A stretch of 64,000 nt of DNA from Paramecium tetraurelia (taxonomy: Eukaryota). The notes under the pieces are model-generated. The model saw only the letters and a program-made list of their open reading frames with translations. It searched no databases and was not told where the DNA came from. The stretch lies in NCBI GenBank assembly GCA_000165425.1, contig CT868047.1, forward strand, positions 62,001 to 126,000, given 5' to 3'. Positions 53,851 to 64,000 of the stretch are shown here, one piece after another. Position 1 is the first letter of the stretch. Every line of letters starts with the position of its first letter. Made by a program: the position numbers and the translations under genes.

Positions 53851-56084
53851 TCATTCAACTTTATAGTTTGTAAGCATGCCATCGACAAATTCAGCGCAAG
53901 ATTTAGCATTGTCAACCAAACTTACATTATTAGATTTAAGATATTCATAAGTCTCAGTCCAAATCTTCAATTACACTTCTATCTAGCATTATCTCTACAA
54001 TAAATCGGCCTTCTCCTCTTCCTTCGCATTCTTTTATTTTAACTTTTCCAATTGCTTAGCATATGATGCAGTACTTATCAATCTAATTTCATTGCTTAGA
54101 CAGAACATGAGTAAAGTGAAATATTGGTCATCCTTCAAATTGGATGGTTTATGACTACCTAAGAATTTCTCATCAATCTATAATTTTTATAAAGCATATG
54201 GTTTATATCTGACAGCTCCATTCTTTCTGATTAATTTGCTGGCTTTGTTCATCATCTCAACGATATTATCCATATAATAAGGTATCAGAAACTTTTAATA
54301 TAATCCCATACCAACACCACCTAAGAGACCACCGAAAAAGGCACCCCAAAATGCAATTGGAAATAGAATGCTACCAGCAACAGTCATTCCAACACCTATG
54401 GTAATGATAAGACCCAAATGGCCAAGATTTTTGGCTGTTTGAGAATCATTAATGACTTTATTGGCCAATATGGATTTAACAGCCAAGGCCAAGATTACTT
54501 ATTAAATGATAATACCTACAATTGGTAATCTGGAAGCAAGAATACCAAGGACACCAAAAGAAAGAGCTGTAAATCCAGCATTTTTCAATTTATCATCCCA
54601 AGGAATATCCTCATCGAGACAATCAACAATAAGAACACCAATACCCATGCCAAGTGCTTTTCCACCTATGACTCTGTTAGATGTTCCATATCTAATTGGT
54701 TTTTTTGGTGCACTGATTTTCTTGAATTTAAAGACAGCGTTTTTGAATCCAGATACATCATCAGCAGTTCTATCAATAGATTTTTCACTGGCAACACGCT
54801 TTCTGAATTCAGGATGTCCACAATGAAGGTAATCAAATTGTTCGTTTAGAAATTTAACTAAAAGAATGTTTTATTCTTTTTCCTCATCGAAGGATTCCCA
54901 ACCCTGTTCGTATTTGTGAAACATCAAATAATGATAAGAGAGACTCAAAATAAATTATTGAACTTTATTATTTTTCTCATCTTTGACAACAATTTTTAAT
55001 CCTTTTAAATCATTTTTTTACACTTTTTATGATTTAATTACTTTGATCTCATGACATAATATCATAAGGGGAATATCATCTGCATCTTAAATGACTTAAA
55101 TATTTTGAGGGAGAGGTTTAATGATATTAAATTAGGCATTGTTGATCAATTCATCAAAGTTCTTGTGTTGTTTGCCTGTGAATAATTGTTTACACTCATC
55201 CATTACGTAATAAAAATGTTTAATTGCCTATTTAACAATTACAGAATGTTTCTCCTGATTCACTTGAAATGATTGCCCTATCAAAGTGAATTCACCATAA
55301 TTGATGATGTTCTGTGATATTTCTTTCTACATGTATTTGTAATTTTCCTGATTTGCTAGACTCCCATAGATTTTCAATAGTTTATCGAGTTATTGCATTT
55401 TATAATTGGCATGACAGGCAACATCAATCAGATAGTTGAAGAAGTCAGTAACCAAATCAATAAACAACTTTTGGAGATTGTTCAAAAATTCATTCGTAAG
55501 TTATGTATCGAGATAGGCAAACTCAAATAGATCATATGCAACCCTCTTTAATTGAGATTCCAAAATTTCATTCAACAAGGCATTCAATTGTGCACTATTT
55601 AAATAATCATCACACAATTCAGAGATCAGCGTATCACACAATCTAATAGATGATAAACATTTATTACTCAAATGCATTTTCCTAAAAAGTCTTATAATAC
55701 CCTTTTAATTAAACCTTGATTTCTGGGAGTCGTTATACAAAAAATGCAGGCTCCTTCCATTCTTCGACACTTCTATCGATGAACTCATACACAATATCCT
55801 ATTTTTAGATTGAAAAATACCTCAATAAATTTAGGAGTGACATTCCACCCAATAAACATATACTTTCGAAGTATTTTAATACACTCATTCATTAGATTGA
55901 TTGTTCGTCGGTTAACTCCATCAATCAGGTCCTGGTTTAAGAAATAGTCTTCTATTTATAAAAACTGTTATTCGTTAGAAATTTAACTTAGAGCCTCTTT
56001 GAGATATCGGCAATCTAAGGTTATAGGAACTAAGATTTGTGTTTTCAGTGCATTAATGAGAGAATCGTGATAAATCTAATTCAT
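53851..56084 (-). CDS. Hypothetical protein with helical N-terminus and Gly-zipper hydrophobic C-terminal segments
   Basis: MNQIYHDSLINALK...; GGKALGMGIG; GVGMTVAGSILFPIAFWGAFFGGLLGGVGMG. Confidence 0.7.
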
Positions 56085-56102
56085 CAATTAATAATATATA
56101 TT

Positions 56103-57757
56103 TCACTTATTTAATTAACTCATTATTAAATTGGCTTCGTCTCTCTCCGGCCCATTGAAATCATAAAGCCTTTTCGCCATCTGCATCGCCCTTTCATTCT
56201 CTCCCCTTCTCAAAAACGCCCTTGCCAAATATAGTAATGACTCCGATAATTCCTTGTCCACTATTTACTCCTCATCTTTTCTCTTCAAACTCTCCTCAAA
56301 TGCAGACAACGCCTTATCAGTTTTACCCTAAATCCATAGAACACTAAATTATTTACCACTGCATCATACAGTTTCGCCAACTAATGGATAGCAATTCCTT
56401 CTTTATCTTTACATTGGTTTGCCCTTTCATAACATTTCATCGATTCATTTTTCTTATCCATCTTATCGTAACACTCTGCCATTGCATTCCACATTCTCGC
56501 ATCTTTCGGCCTGCTGATAACTGCCCTACTAAAGTAATACAGAGCATATTGATTCATCCCTTGTAATGCATAGGTCTATCCCAAACCATACCAAGCTCTA
56601 AAGTCCTTTGGATCTATTTCTACAGCATTTCTATAGGACTGTATCGCAGATGCCACATTCTTCATTTCTAAATACTCATGACCCATCAGAGTCCAAGCTG
56701 CCAAACAATCCTTATCTAGTTTTAGAGCCCTTTGGAAATAGTTTATCGCTTTTGCATGTTCATTCATAAGAGAATAATAATTTCCAACTACACAGCAAGT
56801 TTCTGGTACATACTTATTATTGGTAAATGATTATAATGCTAAGTTTGCTAGTTCCCCTTAATTTTCCTTTATATACAAAATATTTGAATATGTATCCAAA
56901 CTCTCAAATCTGTAAGGATCAATACTCAGCAATCTTTCAAACCACTCCAGTGATAATTCAAATTCTTAGTTGTTATAATAGGCATTAGCAATTTGATTTA
57001 TGATAAAATTAGAATTCCTAAAGTAATATAGTAATGTCTAGAATTATTCAACACAATTGGCATTCTTAAACTTCTCCAAATTAAAATTAGAACTCCAAAA
57101 TAATTTCATCCAATGATTTGGTAATTCCTCCAAAGTATCTTCTTCTGTTAGCAATTTACACAACTCCAACCAAACACTCCAAAAACAAGGCATTTGATGT
57201 AAAACCTAGATGAATACTTCTCTCGCTTCTCTTAGTCTCATTGTATCTTTTAAAATCAATCCATAGAGATAGAGATTTAATTAATTTAATTACTTTTGAT
57301 TGTACAATTTTGATAATTCTCTTTCCAATAATTTAAGCTCTGGATTCGTGGCTGTTTTTGAGTTCTCATTCTCAAATATCTCCTCTTCCTTTCTCAACTC
57401 TCCATACATGTATTATGAATAATAATAGAGGAACATTGCTGATTCATTTTTATGGATTAGATTTTATAATAATGATGCACATTTCTTGAACTCTCTTAAA
57501 TCAAATAGATTTCTAGCTACTAAAATGATATCATTGTATTCAGGAACAAATTCTCTTATGAATTGATAATTGTAATCTGTATTGCTTTGGATAAAATGCA
57601 TTGCAAATTATGATTATTATAAATCTTCTTCTTGTGTCAATCCTAATAATAACTCTCCTGTCCATTTGCTAGAATGATAGAGTTTGTTTTCTTGGAAGAA
57701 TCTAGTATAATATTGCAACTCTTTTTGAATTTCTTGCAATTTAGGCATTAATTCCAT
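56103..57757 (-). CDS. CDC23: Anaphase-promoting complex subunit 8 (TPR protein)
   Basis: [50 protein letters not shown]. Confidence 0.95.
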
Positions 57758-57793
57758 TTTTCAAATTTCAAAATTATTACTAATTAAAACATA

Positions 57794-59088
57794 ATGATAA
57801 TTGGAGCAATTAAAGTGAAGGATGGTCTCTTCATAGGAGATGAATTAGCCTCTAAAGTAAGATATAGTCTTAACTTATAAAGGACCTTGAATTCGTGATA
57901 CAGAACAAAGTAACTAGAATTGTTAATTGCGCAGCTAAACAACTACCTTGTGTATTTGCAAACTATGGTGTTACCTATCTGAAATTTAACTGGGTAGAGA
58001 ATGAACAAGTACATCCTATATATCATGAATAAGTAAATACTATTTCCAAATGATACTGTTAATGAAATCTATCAATTTATAGAATAAGCACATAGTAATG
58101 GAGAATCTGTTTTGGTTCATTCAGTCAGAGGACAATCTCGTTCATGTTGTGCACTTGCAGCCTACTTTATGAGAAAATATAAGTGGAAACTTTATAAGAC
58201 CTTGGAGTTTCTCAATTCGAGAAGACCAGATCTTGAAATTAGAGCCAGTTTCTATCATCAGTTAACTCAATTGGAGTCCAAACTAAGTAAGAAGGGAGAA
58301 GGAGGTCTATCAAGTTCATGGCAACCACATGAGGAATAAGATTTACCCCTTGAGGAAGATGAAAATCTTCTCAGGAATACGTTTATGAATGCCAAATCCA
58401 GTCCAGCTGATTCATGTTGGTTAGATAGAAGACTATTCAATTAATATCTAAACGAAAACAGAGTCAGAACCATCACTTGGGCTGATGAAACCTTAGCTAA
58501 AAAGTCCTAAAAAAAGATCAAATAGACTAATCCCAAGAATGCTGTTAAATTGAATAGTTAAAATAATATAAGTGGGAATATCTACCACGTGACAGTTAAT
58601 AATTATGTAACTCTGAAAGAAGAATTAGAAAAATACAATTCCAGTATGAATTCCAGAGAAAATAATAATACACTTATCAAACCAAATAGTGGAACTATCA
58701 AAAGATAGTAAAATGATAGTCTCAAAAAGCATTAAGAATAGAAACTTAAATAAACTGGGAAATCTCAATCCTTAAAGTAATAAAAAAGGGACCCAACAGA
58801 CAGACCTAGATCTGCCTATGTGTACCAATATTAATTATTCTAGATAGCCTGAAATGCAACCCCCTGTTAATATTCCAAAACCAGCACCCTTTCCTTATCG
58901 CCAATTTTCTCCTGTTGTGAAAGGTAGTTAGATTTAATTACTTAAATTTAGGAAACAATGTTCCTAAAGTAACCTAATTGATTCCAACGAATAAAAACAA
59001 AGGGTGGAGATATCCATCACCTGGGTAATTGAAGAACGATGAGGATTTCATACAATCTTTTATCAACAGCAAACCTGTATGGAAATGA
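57794..59088 (+). CDS. Dual-specificity phosphatase-like pseudophosphatase (catalytic Cys replaced by Ser)
   Basis: VKDGLFIGD, IVNCA, VLVHSVRGQSRSCCALAAYFM, F.HQL. Confidence 0.85.
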
Positions 59089-59163
59089 ACAAATTAATAC
59101 TACATTTTATATTTATTTTTAGTATTAATCCCTTTATATATGCTAAGATTTTAATATAAGCAA

Positions 59164-62100
59164 TCAAAGGTTTTCTTCCAAATGTTCAGATTTATCTATC
59201 CTTCTTATTAATTCTTTCTCTGATGTTTAATTTAATTGTCTCTTCATTCTATTTAACTGCTCCAACTGATCATCATTTTCTCTTCTCATTATATTTAGCT
59301 GCTCGCTTTTTGCCTACAACAATGTTTAAGCATCTGACAACTCAAAATTCAGTCTTTATATTTCTTTTGTCAACTTCGCCACATCCTCATTGTCTCCTCT
59401 TCTTTTATTCAATTATTCAAAAGTTTATTCGAACTCTTATTCTTTCAACTCTAGATCACTCTTCAACTTTTCAACTTATCTTCTCAATGATTATTTCTCA
59501 CTATTTGATTTTAGCTAACTGCTCTCTAATTCATGAATCTCATTCAATAAATTGATGTTTTTCTATTTCAATTATTCATAGTCTTCAACATGTACATAAT
59601 TCTAATCAATTTATCTTCTAAGAGAATCATACAATACTTCTTTATCTTAGAGTTGAATTTCTAAATTCGAAAATTATTATTATATTTGATTCAATTTTGA
59701 CTCTTTTTAATCGAGCTTTTATTATAATATTTCAATCTCATTATTCAAAACAGCCTAAATTATCTATTTAAATATATACCTTTTCATTTTCAACTTAGAA
59801 TTCCCAATCTTATCTCTAGTTTTCTCCTTCAGCATAATTTTGGATCTTTTAATTCAATTATTCAATTTCCTCAGTTAACTCATTTTTAACTTCAACTAAT
59901 TTTTCTTTTTGATTTTCTAAACTCTTAATTAAAGAATCCTTCTCTTGAAGCAATTACTCAATTTATTTATTAGATTCCTTATGTTCCTCTTAATATTTAA
60001 TAAATTAATCTTCATTCGATTACAACTACAAATTTAGATTAGCGATTTGATCTAATAGTTTTTACTCTCTCTTTCTTGATTCCTCGATTTTCTTTTAAGA
60101 TTCTAACATAGCATGATCAAGCGATTTTTAGGCTTTGTCAATTTAGTTATTTTGATTGTGAATTTCAATTTCGTATTAGTTAATTGCTTACTTATACTAT
60201 GATATTCTTGTTTCTTAAAAGCCAAATTTTTAGTTAAATTGGCTTCTTTCAAGATCTCTTTGTTGAGTTGATTCTTCTAATTCCTTCAAATAAATATCAG
60301 CACTTTATTTTAATTCTACTACTTGGAATTCTGCTTAGGTCAATCTTTCCTTATTTGATTTTAATAAAGATTCAAACTTCTATTTTTCTGAATTAAATTA
60401 GCTGATCTACCAGTCTTTTTATTTAATTTGTTCTTAATAATTTTAGATCTATTGAGAGGAACTAAATTCCAATTCAATTTTTGCAGTTTCCAATTCCTTT
60501 GCTCTCTATTTTTATTACTTTAATTATTGTTCCATTAATTATTTTTCTTATTGTAACTTGACATTTTATTCCTTTAATTCTTTTTTGAAGTTCTCCAATT
60601 CAAATTAATAATCTTCCAATTCCTTTTATTTTTATTTCTCTGTATCGCTCAATTAATGCTTCAAACCATTAATTGAATTATCTAACAACTGTTAATTAAG
60701 TTTATATTCATTGATTTATTCATCCTTCTTACGACTTTAGATAATTAATTTTTCATTCTCTAAATTTAGGAATTTAATTTATTCTTCTAAATTTTAGAGT
60801 TATTATTGGTTAAAACCTTTCAATTCTTAAATATCAGTTTCCCATTGCTCCCTAATACTGGCTTCAATTTCTTTTGTAACATTCTTTTATAATTCTAATT
60901 CGCTCTTGATATCATTAGCAATAACTTATTGTTTACTTAATTCATGTAATTTAGTCTAGTACTTAGAGGACTATTCTAAAAGTTATTGTTTTAACTTCTA
61001 AAGATCTTCTTATTGTTATTATATTTCTAAATCTTTGAATTTATTGATTCTTTCTAATTCTTACTATAATATTTTGATCTCTTTCTCTTACTCTTGATCT
61101 ATAGCATATAATTTTGCATTTTCAGTCTTCATTACTTAATAATTGTTCTCAGATTGTTACAATTATGCTTACAACTCTCTTATTATTTAATCTTATTGCT
61201 AATTTTCTGTTGAGTGTTTTAATTCGGTTTCATTTAGTCTTCTTTACAAGTTGTTGATTTATTATTATTCATAATATTATTTGAGTTCCTAGATCTATTT
61301 TTGATGTGAGAGTTCTTATTTGGCTTGTTTATCATGAACTAGTTATACTTCCTTATGCAAGCTCATATTTTTTAATCTGAATTCTTCGCACATTTAGTTT
61401 TATTGTTGAAGTTATTATTAAATCACTAACTTCTCGTCTTGAAGATCGTCTATCAACAATTACATCTTATTTTTTTCATTTACTAAATTATCAAATTAAC
61501 CTAAGAGTTTTGAATACTTTTATTATTCCTATATAAGTTAGTCGTTCTTTTTGCTCAAAATTTATTAATGTTATTATTGGATGTCCTTTAATTGTATTTA
61601 GCTTTAATGAGAACAATCATTTTCAACTTTTATTTTTGTTTCCTCAATCTATCTTGCACTTTTGAAATGAGTATCTTGAACTTATTATTTCAAATTTTAT
61701 AATTCATACTCTAAATTTTAGATATAGGCTTTTAAATTCTAATTCTCATCAACACTTTGAACATTCTTGATAATAAATCATAATAATTACATTTTGTGAA
61801 ATCTAAATAAACTTGGTTTCATTTTTTTTCAATTCATTGACTAATAGTTAAATCTCCTCATTCTTCTTTTATAATAACAATTATTATTGTTTAATATTAT
61901 GTTATTCAGTTTATAATTTATAAGTTTGATTAGAGAGTTGAATTTCTAATTCATTGATAATTTTATTGTATTTTTATTGATCAGCTTAGATTTAGTTTTA
62001 AAGTTAAAGATTTTCAGTACTCAATTTACCATATCTAGCTTCATATGAATCAATAATTTTGATGTTTTCCTTCTTTCTTAAATTCGGAGATTAATCCTAC

Positions 62101-62381
62101 TTTCTTGCAGGAGAAAAAATTCTATCAGCTTATTTTATATAAGTATATATACTCAAATTATAGGATTTCTCTAAATGCTAAGAGGATCTCAAGTGAAAAT
62201 TCTGAGAATCCTATCTCCTCAGTTAGTTTTTGGGATTCTCCATAACACTTAATTATTAAACAGCCTCATCGTTTCTGACTTATTTTGCCACTTATTAGCT
62301 TGGAATAGGATTGTTATCTTGCTCTTTTTGTCTTTTTGGTGTATTGGAAGTTCGCTATCGTTTATGTGACGATCTGTTCAT
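59164..62381 (-). CDS. Large Q/E-rich coiled-coil protein
   Basis: Heptad-rich frame with many TAA/TAG Gln codons, MNRSSHKR... to ...EHLEENL-TGA. Confidence 0.7.
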
Positions 62382-62495
62382 TTAACAGAAATATGATTAT
62401 AATAAATTTATAAATAGTGCAAAGTGGAATTCTTATAATAAAAAATGTAGGTAAGAATACGTAATGTTAATTATTTATAATTTCAATAGAGTAAA

Positions 62496-64000
62496 TCATT
62501 TTTTCATTGTTTTGCTTTTTGGTTTTATTTTTTAGACATATAACTATTAAACTGAGACTTAGGTTTTTTTCTAAGAACTGGCACTCTTCTGAGCACTAGT
62601 AATTCTTTGAGTTTCAATGTTAGATTGTGTTTTTTGTTTTGAATTGATTTTTGGACTTTCAAGCATGGCCTTATACTGTTAGAATGGAGTCTTAATATTT
62701 AAATTATTCATATTAAGTTGATTGATATTGATGTTGATATTAGCTGACAGAGGAACAGATGATTGGGATGTATAGATTTTGAAGAGTTTTTCAGAAGATT
62801 TGGTATGTGTTAATGACTACTTGGCATCTTATCCCATATTAGTGTGCATTTTCATAGAGAGGTGCTTCTAATGCTTATTAGGAGAGTTTATCTCTGTATA
62901 ATGAGTTTATGTCTGACTTTTCTTATGAGTAGGAATTACTAAATTGGGACTATTGCTTTATTTCAATGGTTATTATGATTATATTAATTTTAATTGCTCT
63001 GAAGATATGCTTCTAGTACTAGTGATGTAATGAATGCTGTTTTGTTTAGATTGATAATTCGATATGTGATTAGCTTTTCCTGATTATTTGGAACTGAATA
63101 GACATGGATTTGCGTGATTAACAGTTAAAATCTGTTATTTTAAGAACTTTTGTAAATCCGTATCTCCATTGCTGCTATTGATAAGTTTATTGGAAGAAAC
63201 TAAGGACTTTTGGGAAGTATCTTTACTTAAGGTCTTGAAATGTCCTTTTTGTTGAGGAGACTTTTAGACTGGCCTTTTACTTATTCCTGCAGCATAGATA
63301 TTTTATTTGTCCTTATAAAATTGAGTATTTTTGGATATTAGTTATTTAAGTAATTTCAAGTTAGGGGGATACTAAGATTTCTATTGCTATTATTGAGTCA
63401 TAGTCATCCATGTTGCATCAATATTCTAATATGAGGGGAGATATATTTACAATAATTTCATCACTAGCCTTAGACTTTAAGATCTCTCTTAACACTGAAA
63501 GACTTGACACTTGAGTCTACTGGGTTATGCTATTTAATACTTTGATGTCTTCTTTGAGCTTCTCATATTCTAATTATTTTGATGTGATTACATGTGCAAT
63601 TACTAGCATCTTCCACTGGAATACCAAGCATGAATTTTATCTTCCTATACTCTATCTATCTAATGGTTTAATCTAAAAATAATGTACTTCTTTTTCTCAT
63701 AAAAATAGATTGCCAAATCAGACACTCTTGGCATGAACATTCTTGGAATATCTTTGTGATACTTGTAGTATTCTAACAATTACTCAAACTTCATAGGTTG
63801 ATCATTTTGTGGGTAAAATCTATGAAGCAACATTAATTATCCTGTATATACCTTTTTAGAAATTCATCATAATCTTCAAGAGTCAATCTATCTTTGAATT
63901 TAATAACCCATGATATTGGCTTTGTTGAAAATAAATCCTCGTATTTTCTTCCATTCCATTGCGATTATGAGTATTTCGTGTACAAAGCCTAAATGCCATT
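62496..64000 (-). CDS. Hypothetical ciliate protein (5' end off window)
   Basis: DYDEFLKR-(intron)-FYP...LLEYYKYHKDIPRMFM, then low-complexity tail to KTMKK-TGA. Confidence 0.65.

Overview
This is AT-rich, very gene-dense eukaryotic DNA from a ciliate, almost certainly Paramecium and most likely the macronuclear genome. Genes read through only if TAA/TAG encode Gln and TGA is the sole stop. They are split by tiny GT..AG introns of about 20-33 nt, and the window's own eRF1 gene carries the Paramecium-type EAASIKD and YFCDPQF motifs. The supplied ORF track uses the standard code, so it shows only fragments or antisense artefacts. I hand-translated about 35 genes. Recognisable ones include a chromodomain/AT-hook protein, NBR1-like, DENND4-like, CDPK, MNS1-like, a tandem-CBM20 glucan phosphatase, a kinase, a front-end desaturase, Myb, LITAF, RecQ, eRF1, ZIP, Cks, RRM and CDC23/APC8. 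The most interesting items are: (1) an intronless 376-aa protein ending in a piggyBac/PiggyMac-type cysteine-rich domain with no intact transposase core; (2) a cassette (upstream gene + promoter + first exon/N-terminal domain) present three times and fused once to ubiquitin-like domains ending in GG and twice to PARP-like ADP-ribosyltransferase domains; (3) a PMCA-like pseudo-ATPase whose nucleotide-binding domain is cleanly missing. Family calls come from motif recognition by eye with no database search, and gene ends and introns are manual estimates.
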